Shown: piece by piece, positions 48,541 through 60,132 of the stretch
How positions within the stretch are numbered: the first letter of the stretch is position 1
Layout of the letters: the number at the start of each line of letters is the position of its first letter
Assembly (NCBI GenBank): GCA_004431415.1
Contig: QPMI01000529.1
Coordinates: 9,243 to 73,242, forward strand
Length of the DNA: 64,000 nt
Source of the DNA: Cyanophora paradoxa CCMP329
Taxonomy: Eukaryota > Plantae > Glaucophyta
Direction of reading: 5' to 3'
Program-made: the position numbers and the translations under genes
Notes under the pieces: generated by a model
What the model saw: only the letters and a program-made list of their open reading frames with translations
Database searches by the model: none
Told to the model about the DNA's origin: nothing

Positions 48541-48644
48541 GACTTGTCTGACAAATTTCTGATCCTGGAGAAAGTCTGGGCCGGGACCTGGGTTTCAACT
48601 CTTCCCAAGTCCCAAGTCCCAAGTCCCAAGTCCCAAGTCCCAGG
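48541..48644 (-). repeat. (GGGACTT)5 array plus tail, copy 3 (inverted)
   Basis: Reverse complement matches copy 2, including GGCCCAGACTTTCTC..GGATC..CAAGTC. Confidence 0.95.
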
Positions 48645-48665
48645 TTTTTCTGAACCTAGGGCAAA

Positions 48666-49013
48666 ATGGCCCTGCTCCGGTGCACCGACTCGCAAGACGT
48701 CGCCTACAACGTCCTGGTCAACTCGGACGTACCCCCGAGTGCCTTGGAGTTTCCCTGGAGAGTGGACAGGGACAGGGTGAGCAAGACGTTTGGAGGGCGC
48801 AAGCACTACCTCTCCCAACTGATCCTCGGGAAGTCGCCACGTGGACGCTACGTGGAACACATCAACGGCAACCCGCTGGACTACAGGAGGGAGAACCTGC
48901 GCTGGCATCAATGTCGGATATTCGCAAGAAGAGGAGGGGTACGCCAATTTACAGGAGAAGAGCGAGGAGATTCGGGAGATGATGGAGGCGGCACAGGCGC
49001 TAATGCAGCTTAG
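48666..49013 (+). CDS. HNH endonuclease (HNH_3-like); true C-terminus may lie in the frame ending at 49029
   Basis: YLSQLILG..YVEHINGNPLDYRRENLR matches the V(D/E)HINGxxLDNRRxNLR pattern, with N to Y at one conserved position. Confidence 0.8.
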   Translation: MALLRCTDSQDVAYNVLVNSDVPPSALEFPWRVDRDRVSKTFGGRKHYLSQLILGKSPRGRYVEHINGNPLDYRRENLRWHQCRIFARRGGVRQFTGEERGDSGDDGGGTGANAA

Positions 49014-49018
49014 CCAGT

Positions 49019-49831
49019 CTAGACGCTAGTGGTGTGAATCTTGGTGTCGTACTCGCGACCAACCGTTTCCCAGGCCACGTAAACTTCGGCTCCGGCGCCT
49101 GGCGCTGTCGAGTTGGTAGTCGCAGTCGTGTAGTCCGCCTCTGCCTCAATTAGTTCGGCCATGAGGGTAGAGCCCACGACCATTCCAGAGGTAGGCATTC
49201 CGGCGATGTTGTTGTACAATTTGAAAGTGAATTTCGTGAAGAGGAGCCGGGGCCAGACCTGGGTACGGGGATTCGAGGCGCCGTATGAATAATCGGTACC
49301 CGAGGCGCCGCCCGTGGTGGCATTCGTCATCATCTCCTTTGCGGTCATCTTCCAGAGGTTGTACATCTCAAAGGGAACGGCCTGCGTGGTCTTGTGTGTG
49401 GCATCGATGAGGGCGCCATCTAAATGCGTTTTGATGTTCGGATTCGCACCATTCCCGAATTTGCGAGTGAGGGCGGTGTTAGCGGTGAACTTGAGTTCGA
49501 GCACGCGAATGGCGGGCCGATCAGGCACAGAGGGCTCTATCTTTTTCAGGAGGCCCGAGAGCCAGAGCGCCTCCGCCTCATCCGCGCTCACGCCCGAGTC
49601 GATGTCAAAGTACACGTACACGGAGCAGGAGGCGGGATTCTCGAAATCGTTGGAGGTGACGCGCAACATGACGGGATTCTGGACCCTCACGGTGAGCGGG
49701 GTGGCGTAGTTTCCGTCCCACTCCACCTTGTCCGTCCCTGCGTTGGCCACGTTCCCAGCGTTGCCGTAGAAATCGGGGACGATCGAGCCGGCAGACACGG
49801 TCTTCACGATGGTGGCCGAGGTGGTCGGCAT
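49019..49831 (-). CDS. Viral beta-rich protein, putative structural, paralogue 1
   Basis: Intact 270-aa ORF; shares VQNPV, SGLLKK, LELKF, LFTKF and L.AEL.E with the neighbouring gene. Confidence 0.8.
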   Translation of the reverse strand: MPTTSATIVKTVSAGSIVPDFYGNAGNVANAGTDKVEWDGNYATPLTVRVQNPVMLRVTSNDFENPASCSVYVYFDIDSGVSADEAEALWLSGLLKKIEPSVPDRPAIRVLELKFTANTALTRKFGNGANPNIKTHLDGALIDATHKTTQAVPFEMYNLWKMTAKEMMTNATTGGASGTDYSYGASNPRTQVWPRLLFTKFTFKLYNNIAGMPTSGMVVGSTLMAELIEAEADYTTATTNSTAPGAGAEVYVAWETVGREYDTKIHTTSV

Positions 49832-49854
49832 TTTGCGACCTCAAATGAGAAAGA

Positions 49855-50534
49855 TTATCCGTGAAAGAGGGTGATGTCGCCACCGATGTTCATGACGCGG
49901 GCCCCAGGCACAGAGTCAGCGTCGGTGCCGTACGCGTAGGAAATCGAGCACTCACGCAGCTCCGCGCAGAGGCTGGCGCCCGTGCTGAAGTGGGGCTGGT
50001 CGGCGGCGTAGGAGAGGGGAAGACCTGGAACCTGAAAAAGGTGAAGGGGAAGCGGGGTAGAGTCGAGCCGCGTGGGTTGCCGCCCGTGTAGAGGGCCCCC
50101 AGGGTCGCGGGACTTGGATTGAATTTCGTGAAGAGCACGTCGCCCTTGAGCGTACCCCTCATCTGGTAAGTTCCCGTACCCGGAAGATTCGAAGAACTGG
50201 GGTACCGGTTCACGGTGGGGCCGTACCCCGTCTCCCTGAACTTGACCTCGAGACAGCGCAAGACGTTGGCAGTGGCCGTGGCAGGTGCCACCTTTTTCAC
50301 GAGTCCTGATTCGTGCAGCAGCTCGATAACCTCTGCGCTGAGGCTCAGAGGGTCGAAGAAGAGCTGGTAGGAATAAATCTTGGGCGTGGCGTAGGCGTTC
50401 TGAACGACCTGAATCACGACGGGATTCTGCAGAAAGACGTCGACGTAACTGCCGGAGGGTATGCGTGCGAAATCCTTGGTGTTGTTGCCAACGTCAAGTG
50501 AGCCGCTGAGGGTCTGGTACCAGTTGGAAGTCAT
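49855..50534 (-). CDS. Viral beta-rich protein, putative structural, paralogue 2 (one frameshift)
   Basis: LQNPV, SGLVKK, LEVKF, LFTKF; adding one C in the run near 50017 restores ..GASLCAELRECSISY..TLFHG*. Confidence 0.8.
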
Positions 50535-50572
50535 TTACCCCGGGCAGATATTTTTTCGGATCGTAGAGGAAA

Positions 50573-52712
50573 ATGCCCCGCTTCGTATTCGTGAAAAAGC
50601 AGGTGGTGCAGGCTCCGCAGTATGGCGTGGAGCCGATCTCGCTGACTGTGGGCAGGCCCCAGGTGCGATCGGGCTCCGTGCTCAACAACGGGAACAGTAC
50701 GTACGGCTTTCAGCTGAACTGGGTCGCGGTCACCAACGCCGTCAAGTACAAGGTGTACAGGGCGACCAGCATCAACGGCCCCTGGGATCTCGTGGCCACG
50801 GTGAATGCGCCAACCGTCACCTACACGGACTCTCCCTTTAGTTTGGGGCCCAGCGACTCTACCGCGTGGCGGCGGTTCGCGAACAGGGCAGCAGCAGCAC
50901 GGGCTCTGATGGCAAAGCCCCGCCCACAACCTACGCACAGTCGCTTCTCTACACCCACGAGGGTGCCATGAGCAATTACATTCTCTTCCAAGGCATAGGC
51001 GGCTTCAGCCCGCAGATCGAAGCCTACACCACGCTCACGACCGCCACGGCCCAGACCTACGGCGATTTTATTGCCGGGGGCGGCCCCGCGTCTTCGGGCT
51101 TCCCGAAACCCGCCATAGTCGTCACAATCAACTGGGTGGCCATGGAGGGCGCGGACTCGATTCGAATTTACAGGAACGGTACGCCAATCGGATTTGCGAG
51201 CAGTGCCCTGTCTACCTCGTACATTGACGATAGCACTGCTCTTACGTGGGGCACGGAATACTCTTACCAGGTGGCCGGCATCGTGGGCGGTGTCGAATAC
51301 GACAAGTCCGATCCGCTCCTGGTCTGGACTATGCCAAACGCCCCCACGAACGTGACGGCATCAGCACCCAACGACCAGCAGCAGCCTGTCAGCCTCAGCT
51401 GGACTGCGTCCACGGGAGCGACGGGATACAAGATTTACAGAGACGGGGCCTACCTCACAGACTCCGCGACCAACTCCTACAGCGACACGACCACCGTCTG
51501 GGGTACAGGGTACGAGTACCAGATCTCCGCGACGAACACGGGAGGGGAGGGGCCGAAGAGTATTGCGGCGTACGTCACCACGGACCCGGGGGCGCCCACT
51601 GGGCTCACTGCAACCCCCGCGGCGGGGGCAGCACAGCCTGTTGTGCTCGAGTGGTCGGTGCCGGTGACGGGCGTCACCGTCTCCTACAACATCTACAGGG
51701 GTGGCGTGTTCCTTGCCAGCGACACGAGCAGCCCCTTTTCGGACACAACGACCGTTTACGGAACCACTTACACTTACACCATCAAGGGCGTCAACCAGAT
51801 CGGCGAGGAAGGCCCTCAGTCCTCGTCTGCCAGTGCAACAACTGCAAACGCTCCTGTTTTGGGTACATTCTCCTACACCGGGGCCGACCAGACTTTCGTA
51901 GTACCAACGGGGACTGTGGCTGTGCGTGTCATCGTATGGGCGGCCGGGGTGGAGGCGGAGAACGCGCAGGTACGGGGGTCCGTGGAGGCGCGGGTGCTTG
52001 CGTAGTTGGTACATTGGCTGTGTCCTCGGGGGAGACGCTCATCCTTGTTGTTGGATGCGGCGGCCCAAAGGGTGTATCGGGGACTGCCACTGCTACCGTC
52101 TACGGAGGTGGTGGAAGGGGCTGGAGCCATAGCGTCGATCCGGAGTACAAAAACGGCGCCGGTGGTGGTCGTTCTGCAATTCAGCGCGTTGCAGGGACCG
52201 ACTTGGTTGTTGCAGGGGCCGGAGGTGGGGGTACATGTGATTCGAATGGCGGCGGGGGAGTAGGCGGGGGGTTGACCGGTGGTGCGGCTGGGTTGGTTGG
52301 AGTAACCGGAGAGATACCGGCTCAAGGAGGCACCCAAACCGCTGGCGGAGCCGGTGTTGTGGCCTCAGGGGCCAGGCCCAGCAACCCGGGAACTTTGCGC
52401 CAAGGTGGAGAGACTGGGCCTGATTCAAGCGGCTACAGGTTCGGTGGTGGTGGTGGTGGTGGTTACTTCGGTGGAGGCTCTGGGTCCAGCAGGAGCGGAG
52501 TGTCAGAGAACCCAATAGCAAGAATGTTTGGAGGTGGCGGTGGCTCGAGCTACATAGGAAACTTGACGGATGCTACGGTGTATCCTGGGTCCGGCCAGGT
52601 GGCAGGAAATAGCGGAGACGCTCACTACGCAGCAGGCATTGGTAGGGGCGGCAACGGTGGCTCGTCTTTCAGCGACGGTGGCAACGGTCGAATTGTGATA
52701 CTCGCGGTGTAG
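50573..52712 (+). CDS. Virion fibre/adhesin: tandem fibronectin type III repeats plus C-terminal glycine-rich domain (two frameshifts)
   Basis: Repeated LSW..GA.GY.IYR.G...Y.D...G..Y.Y.(I/V).A; FSYTGADQTFVVP..GTLAVSSGETLILVVG..GGGGGGYFGGG..GGGGSSY..GGNGRIVI. Confidence 0.85.
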
Positions 52713-52732
52713 TTATTCCTAGTTGTTCCAGA

Positions 52733-53800
52733 TCAGCTCGCCAGTGCCGCTACCTGGTCTTTGAGAGTTTGAACTTCTTGTGAAAGTTCCTGAATTGCCT
52801 TCAACGACAGGGAAATGAGCCTGTCGTAGTTTACCCCGAGAAATCCATCCGCGTTCTCGAAAACGAGACTCGGGAAGACGCCTTGGACTTCCTGTGCGAT
52901 GAGACCGTAATCCGTTTTCGAACCCCCCGAGGATGTGTTCTTCCAGGTGAACGACACGGGATTCAGCTGCAGCAGAAGAGGGAGAATGCCCGACATGCTC
53001 GCGACATTTTCTTTCAGGCGGCTATCGCTCGACGAGTTTGTCAGGTATCCTTGAGCATCCGAATAAACGGCTCGGTTTCCATCGCCCGTGAGCGTCGAGA
53101 CGATGAGCCGACCCGTGATGCCAACGCCGACGGTTCCGCACAGCAGTCGTTCGGTGCCGTTGTTTCTCAAGGATAGACCAGAGCTGACGCTGACGCTTCC
53201 GCTATCAACGATTGAAGTGTTTGCTATGCTTAGGCCATTAGTAGGGCCTTCGATTGCCGAGGTAAATAGAGTACCTGTAACACCAACGCCAAGAGTCCCA
53301 CAGAGGAGTCTATCGTTTTCGTTGTACTTTATAGCTACGCCTGAACCACCGCCATTTATGTACGGTGACGTTCCGGTAATTTGCAGCTTATCGTCCAATG
53401 TAACGATGCCCGCCAAGTTTGAAGCCCCGCTCACCCTAAGCCCCCCCACCACGTTTGCTCCGCCTCCTTGCACATACAGAGCCGCATTCCCCTCCCCGTT
53501 CACAGTCCCATTAAAGGTCACCTGATTCGTGGTGTACCCGCTCCCGTCCCAGGCCCCGTTCGTGACGGTGAGCCTCTGCGTCCTCACGCGCCCCGGCACG
53601 GCCGACCCGCCCTCCCGCGTGCGCATCTTGTCGCAGCGCAGCTCGCCGACGCGGACGAGGTCGGCCTCGGAAAAGGGGACGGCCGTGGCGTTGTAGGGGG
53701 CCTCGGTGGCCTGGTTTCCGAGGGTGGTCTCCTTAATCGTGTGATCGCCCTTGTGATTCACGCTGGCAGCATAGGTAAATAGAGGGACAGCGACCGACAT
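52733..53800 (-). CDS. Fibre protein with C-terminal intramolecular chaperone (peptidase S74)
   Basis: SSDSRLKENV..L.PVSFTWK..GLIAQEV..FP.LV..VNY..LI...KAIQEL plus coiled coil; upstream duplicated RLLCGT(L/V)GVG repeat. Confidence 0.92.
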   Translation of the reverse strand: MSVAVPLFTYAASVNHKGDHTIKETTLGNQATEAPYNATAVPFSEADLVRVGELRCDKMRTREGGSAVPGRVRTQRLTVTNGAWDGSGYTTNQVTFNGTVNGEGNAALYVQGGGANVVGGLRVSGASNLAGIVTLDDKLQITGTSPYINGGGSGVAIKYNENDRLLCGTLGVGVTGTLFTSAIEGPTNGLSIANTSIVDSGSVSVSSGLSLRNNGTERLLCGTVGVGITGRLIVSTLTGDGNRAVYSDAQGYLTNSSSDSRLKENVASMSGILPLLLQLNPVSFTWKNTSSGGSKTDYGLIAQEVQGVFPSLVFENADGFLGVNYDRLISLSLKAIQELSQEVQTLKDQVAALAS

Positions 53801-53824
53801 TTTTGGATTGCATCAGAAAATCGA

Positions 53825-56800
53825 TTACATAAGCAGCTTGCCGATCGCGGTCCAATGAATAAAAAGCTGGACAATTTGGGTGGGCGTGACCGTCATTCTG
53901 GGTTGGAATCTCACTTTAACTGTAAAGCCAGTGTGACTCACCGCCGTGACGTTGGCCCCGTAGAAATCGACATCCGTGCTGCCGCCGGGATTGATGTCGA
54001 ACGAGGGGGTTACGTTAATAACCGGCGTTGGGTTTGCTGGGGTCCCCAGTCCGCCTCCAGTGTCGTACGCCTGTCCGAATGTAATGTTGAACGTCACCGT
54101 GTATGTTGAATTGATGTTAAACTCCGTGTACGCAGCGTAGGAGTGGAAGGACGTGCCGTGCGTTATGTACGCATCCATGTTCACGTTTCTGTGCCCGTGG
54201 CTGGTGAGCGAGTACTCTGTGTGACTGTGCGTAGAGGGTGGGAAGGAAGTGGGTCGGTCGATGACATTATCCCAGTACACATTGTGACTGTGTGTAGAGG
54301 GGGGGAAGGTAAGTGGCTTGCCCGTTACGTTGTCCCAATCCACGGAGATGTTCGTCAAGTCCGGGGCCGTCCAGTCGCTGATCTGAGAGATGGTGTGCTG
54401 GTGGTCTGCGTGGGGATACGTACTCGGCTTCCCCGTGATGCTATCCCACGCCCACGTTGTTGGTATCACGGGTATCGTCGGCCTCCCGCTGAGATCTGCA
54501 TACGCCCCCGTGTGTGCCACCGTCGCCAGCTGCGGCACGGCAACGCCCACGGTGCTCACGGCCTGGCTCGCCCCCGGCGCCATGTGCCACTCGTAGTTCT
54601 GCGATGCAAACACGGGCTGGCCTGGCTCGGGCGCCCAGTACTCGATGCCTTTGGCGATCTTCTTGGTGTATGGTGCTGCAGGCCTGTCAACCAATTTATC
54701 GACGTAGGCCTTGGGTACCAGCCAGTTTGCCTTGGGGCTCTGCGAATTGATCCCGTTGTCTATGAAGGCCCCGTAATTCCTGAAGGCCTCGGCCTCCCAC
54801 CAATCCTGCATGCGGAAGGTCCCGGGAATCTCGAGGCGCGAGTTGGCGTCCGCCAGGCGGGCCACCTGCGCCCCTCCGTTCGACGAGACGCCCGAGTGAC
54901 GGATGGCCGAGCCGAATTCGCGCCTTAGGGCTTCGATGTGATTGATCCTGTTGAGGCCCTCCTGGTAGACGGCAATTAAGACGCGCTTCCGCCCCTTGGT
55001 CTCCTCCTTTATCATCTGCTTCAGGTCGCGCATAAGTCGACTCAGGGCGAGCGAAGTCGACCCGAAGCCCTCCTGCATTTTAACGGTGAGCTGGGAGAGG
55101 AAGAGCACGGTCGCGCGATCGATTTCGAGCAGGGTCTTCTGGTCCTTGGGGTACGGTAATCGTTGATGCTGTTGTCGAGCGCGCGAATGAAGGCCTGCAG
55201 CTCCTTCGGCTCCTTGATTTCGTTTAACCGCAGCTCCTGGGCCAAGAGCGAGGCCATTTCGCGCGCCTCCGAGGGGTCGTACACACCCAAAAATCCGGAG
55301 CCCAGCTCGCCCTCCAGCCGATTAATTCGGTTGCGCAGCTGGCTCGCCTCGTCGCCCCACGTCTCGACGCCCCAGTCGTAGATCTGTTGCGAGAGCTCCG
55401 CGATGAACTGTATGGTGTCGGTCGCCCAGTCGACGGGGTACTTGAAAAAGTTCTTCACGATTTCTTCCGCGCTGCGCCCGTTGATGATATCCACGATCAC
55501 CTGCGCGATGGCGCCCGCGAGGATGGACAGGCCAAGTCCGCCCACCGTGCCGATCCTCATTTTCGTGAGGGCGCTCAGGGCGGACGACATGCCCGTCTGA
55601 AGGCCAAAAGAGCCGACCGTCATGATCATCTGATCGCGGAACGTATCGAAGAACTCGGCCTCCCCTATCTTGCCCTGCGAGAGCGCCTGGTAGGCCGAGA
55701 GCAGGCCGCCGGCCGTCGCCAGCCCAAGGCCCGCCGCCGCCGCGCCCGCCCGCCGCATGGCCCGCGAGCCCGTACCCCCGAGCCCGGCGCCCACCAAGTC
55801 GATGCCCGCCCCCTGAAATAAATCGGCTGCCCGAAAGACATGCCGTCGTTGTTCGCCGTACCCGCCGCCGAGAAGAGCGTCTCGGCGCTGAGGGCCTCCT
55901 TGGCCACCCCGGGCCGCCTTGCCCTCGGGCGCCCCAGGTACGCGTCGCGCTGCTCTTTGGTGGTGAATCGCTCGAGGTCGAAATCGGCGAGGGCGTCGGC
56001 GGTGGCGCGGTTCCAGTCGCCGTAGGGCATGAGGGCGTTGCGCAAAATAACGTCCGAGTCGCCCATCACGCGCCTGTCGAGCGTCTGAAACACGCCCTCG
56101 GAGGGCAGGCGGGCGGTGCCCGGGCGCATCTCCTCCACGGAAACGTCGTCCCTCTCCGCGAGTGTGATGTCGTCTGGGCTGGCCAAGCCGACGCCCGCGC
56201 CCTCATCGGCGTACGCCCTTCCCCTTCGTTTTAATATTTGATTGGCCTCCCGTTTCAATGCTTGGTACTCTGTCTCTACCTTGGTCTTTCTTGCCTCTTC
56301 CTCTGCCGCCTTGCGCTCTGCGATCTTCCGCCTCTGCTCTTCTATCTCGGCGTTGCGTCTCGCCGCGTTCTCCTTGGCTTGCTGCTTCCGCTCTTCGATC
56401 ACCCTGTTTGCGTACTCCTTGTCCGCTTGGGCCTTTCTGTAGCGCTCCTCGATCTGACTCTTGGCCTCGTCTCCTCTCTTCCTTAGATCGCCCATGAATG
56501 CCGTCGTATCTATGTGAATCTTGTATTTGGCGGGTGGGTGCTCACGTTTGAAGGCCTCCAGATCGCGCACCATGGCATCGTACTGCGCGAGCCCCTCCGC
56601 TGGAATGATGGCTCTTCGCATTTCCCAAAATTTGCTCAGCTTGCCCACGTAATCGACCATGGAGAGGTACGCGCTCTGTGCGCCCGCGCTCACCGTTTTC
56701 GGATTGGCTCGCAGCTCTGCCAAAAACTCCCCCTTTTGTATCCGGTACAGTGACCATTCGAGGGCTCCCCGCCACAGGCTCGCTTCCGTCCGCAGTTCTC

Positions 56801-58928
56801 TGTGCATCTCCTCCACGTCGCCGTATGCTATCCAGATGGCATCGCTGATGGGCCTCTGAACAGCCTGACGCTCAAAGTTTTTCCACTTCTCATCGGCCAT
56901 CTTTCTCCTCAGTTCTTCGGCGTCTTTCTGACCCCTTCCCGTCAGCTGATCCATAACGTAGCTAAAGTCGCGCATGTTCTCTTCCATGGCGCGGAGCCTG
57001 TCCCCGATGCATTTCCTTCTTTCAGTCTTTTGAGCTCCGAGCGGTAAAAATCCATCTGCGCCCCCCTGAACGTCTCCAGTCGTCGCTTACGCTCCGCTAC
57101 CTTCGGCTCCTCCAGCCGTGCAAATTCCTCGTCTGATGCAGTTTGCATTGCCTTCAGTCGTTCCTCTTCTGTCTTGGCAGCTGCCTCCTCGTCCGCCCTG
57201 CGCCGCTGCTCTAACGCGTCGAAGAGGGCCCTCTGATCCTCGAGCGTGAGGCCAATGAGCTCTTCCACCTGGTCGCTCCTACCCAGCCGCGCGAAGGGCA
57301 GCCTCTCGGCGGCCGGCCTTGGATCGGGCCTTGGCGTCGTCTGCGTCTCCATTGTGCCCCTTGGCACAGCCGTCCCTATCCTCTGCAGCTCGGCCGTCAG
57401 CGTTTTCACTTGCTGCTCTAGGTTGAATCGTATGGTGGATGCGAGCCCCTCTGCCTTCTGCCTCTCCTGTTCTCGCAGTTCGAGCTGCCTTAAATCCTCC
57501 TTTGCTTTTCTGGCTTGCTCCTCCGCTGCCTTTCGCTCATCGTCCAGCATCTTTGTGCCCTCTTCGACCTCGTTTGCTATGTTGACCTTGTTTGCTATTT
57601 CCATGTCCAGTTTCTCCAGCTCGGTCCTTGCCTGCTCCTTTGCCTCCCTTATCGCGTTTTCCACGATCCTATCGGCCTCTCTCTTCCGGATCTCGGCTTT
57701 CTCCTCGGCCTCCAGGGATTTCTCAATTCTATCGCTCGCCTCTTTCAAATCGTCCGCTATCTTTTTCTCGGCCGCTGTCCTCATTTCGTTAAATTGCCGC
57801 TCCCTTGTCTTCAGCTCCTCTGCCAGTATTCTCACCTGCTCGTCTGAGTAAACGATCGTTTTGTTATCTTTCTGCAGCTCTGCAATGTCCCTTTCGTACG
57901 CCTTCCGATCCCTGTAGTACTTTGCACCGCCTGCAATCAGGGCCGCGCCGAAGATTCCCGTTGTTGTACCAAGGATCGGCACGAGCGTACCCCCTCCGCC
58001 GCTCTCTCCGCCCGAGCCGCCGCCACCCGAGCCGCTGCTACCCCCGCCCCCTCCCACGGGCGTGCCACTGGAGCCCCCTCCGCCCCCCCCCCTGTACTCC
58101 CACCCCCCGTACCTGTACCCCCACCCCGGTGCCTGTACCCCACCTCCCGTGCTTCCGCCGCCCGTACCCCCACCCGGAATCGCGCCCGGCACCTTGGGCC
58201 CGCCGATGATGTCGTCGTACAGGTGGCGGTGCGCCCAGTCCGTGATGTCGGCCTTCACATGCGGGTGCTTGACGAGGGCGTACCTCTCGTCGTGGAAGTG
58301 GTCCTTCAGCGCCCAGTTCTGCGTCTTCGCCCAGTCTGAGCGATCGGGGAGCACGTCGGGTGCCGTTGGGATGCGGCCCCCGCCCGTCGTCTCCGGCGTC
58401 TCGCCCGTCCTGTCGGCGCTCAGGGCGCGGATGTTCACCTTGAAGTGGTCGAACCACGCGAAAAACTCCTCCCTGTCGCGCCTGTACTGCTCGGGCTCCA
58501 TGCTCGGCAGCGCCTGGCGGCTCCAGTAGATGTGGCGCAGGGGCCCGCGATGCGCTCGAGTGCGTTGTACCCGGGCCTCACGTCCCCCTCTGCGCCCTTT
58601 AGAGTCAGTTTCACGAGGTTCAGGGTGGCGTCTTTCGCTGTAACGGAGTTTGCGATTTTCACGTCGGCCGCCCTCTTAATAATGTTCCAGTCCACGCCCG
58701 TCTCGGTCGTGACGCCCAGAGCCCCTTGATAATTGCGGTGAGGTCACCGTAATCGTCCAAGGTACCGACGGACGTCAGGAAATCGCTGTAGGTCGCGCCC
58801 TTGCGCAGCCTTATCTCGTCCGCGTAAATTCCCCTCACGCTCAGGCTCCCGTCTATCGCGAAGGCGCCGTTCAGCACCTCGTCCGGATTCGGGATGGCCA
58901 TGCGCCAGGGGTCGTCGAGCATCGACAT
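53825..58928 (-). CDS. Very large virion protein (about 1700 aa when joined): Gly linker, long coiled coil, hydrophobic segments, phage tail-fibre repeats, beta-sandwich tip (five frameshifts)
   Basis: Six consecutive ORF pieces join by single-base additions in G/C runs; C-terminal LATVAHTGAYADLSGRP, WDSITGKP..HQH, WDNVTGKP.TFPPSTHSH repeats. Confidence 0.8.
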
Positions 58929-58953
58929 TTTATCCGCGAGAGAGAAAAATTAA

Positions 58954-59428
58954 CTAATGCTCCGCGTCCCACGTCCACTTCAGCTTGCCGCTCACCTCGC
59001 CCGTTGTCCAACGGCCCACGGGCACCTGCCAGAAAACGTCGGCGTAGGGGTAATCGGGCCTGATAGTGATCTGCTCGTCACGCAGCCAGCGGTAGGCCTC
59101 GGAGGCGTCGCGTATTTTCGGCTCCCAGTATTCCCCGCCCGTGCCGTTCGGCAGCGAGTACCCTCCCTTGCTACCCGTACCCTGTAAACGTGCTCGCCCG
59201 TTAGCGTGTCTACCCCCCTGTACTCGAATTCTACGATTAAGGCCAAGTCCTGCCATGCGCTCTCGCCGAGACGGATGTGACTGAGGCTGTGCAGCAGCCC
59301 GTATTTAATTGGACCAGAGGCGGTTACAAGATCGACTCTGTAAGTGAGGGGCGAGGGTAGCCAGGCACGCCCGTAAAGGTGCGCGTCTTGACGCCCGAGC
59401 CCTTCCGCGGAAATATGATCAGGCGCAT
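58954..59428 (-). CDS. Viral hypothetical protein (two frameshifts)
   Basis: MRLIIFPRKG.. / LTYRVDLVTASG.. / YSLPNGTGGEYWEP..WTWDAEH*; upstream ATTTTCGC motif. Confidence 0.65.
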
Positions 59429-59448
59429 TTAAGGGGGCCTGCGAAAAT

Positions 59449-59898
59449 CTATTTCGCAAAGGCCCAGAGGCCGAAGTTCTTGACGATGAAGGCGTTGTTC
59501 TTCTTGGTGGCGCCCGTGATGTCGGTGAAGCGCACGCGCAGCTCCTGGAACTTGTCGTACGCGACGTAGTTCGGGCGCACGGCCATGGGCACCTCGAACC
59601 AGTAGAGGATGGTGTTCTCGAGGCCGTCGTGGCCCCACGTCGGGATCACGACCTTGTTGATGCACGTGTTGACGTTCGAGATGGTCGTGACGTTCAAGTC
59701 GGGCACGTCCATCAGCAGAACGTTGACGGTTTTCGCGGCGGTGGGGTCCGGAATCGCGGTCGTGTCCAGCTCCAGGTAGACGCCCTTGATCTGCAGCGTG
59801 TCGATGTCGGCGGGGATCTGGTTCAGCCTGAGGCGCCAGAAGCCCTCGGAATCCTGCGTCTCTCCGTTCGACTGGACGTAGAGGTTGACGCAGGACAT
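59449..59898 (-). CDS. Putative minor capsid (penton, single jelly-roll) protein
   Basis: 149-aa beta-strand pattern (VNLYVQSN..LQIKGVYL..KVVIP..ELRVRFTDITG) typical of Bamfordvirae pentons; pattern recognition only. Confidence 0.5.
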   Translation of the reverse strand: MSCVNLYVQSNGETQDSEGFWRLRLNQIPADIDTLQIKGVYLELDTTAIPDPTAAKTVNVLLMDVPDLNVTTISNVNTCINKVVIPTWGHDGLENTILYWFEVPMAVRPNYVAYDKFQELRVRFTDITGATKKNNAFIVKNFGLWAFAK

Positions 59899-59921
59899 TA
59901 TTTAGGAAGGGGCCTGAGAAA

Positions 59922-60110
59922 TTATGCCTTCCTCAGGCCGTTGAGGAGGTAGGGCCCCACGAAGTAGTAGCCCGCGAACTGCGCGGCGAGGATCCGCACG
60001 AGGTAGTAGCGCGCGGGCGACATGTAGGCGACCGCGCCGAGGGTCAGCAGGCTGCCCAGGTAGCGGGAATCGCTGGTGATATCATCGAGGCTCGGGAGCA
60101 TGGACGACAT
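59922..60110 (-). CDS. Small two-TM membrane protein
   Basis: 62 aa with two hydrophobic stretches; upstream AATTTCTG motif. Confidence 0.7.
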   Translation of the reverse strand: MSSMLPSLDDITSDSRYLGSLLTLGAVAYMSPARYYLVRILAAQFAGYYFVGPYLLNGLRKA

Positions 60111-60132
60111 TGTTAAGGGCCCATTCAGAAAT

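Noticed and set aside
46081-48644. Repeat arrays as CRISPR-like
   Set aside because: Contiguous heptamers with no unique spacers and no cas genes
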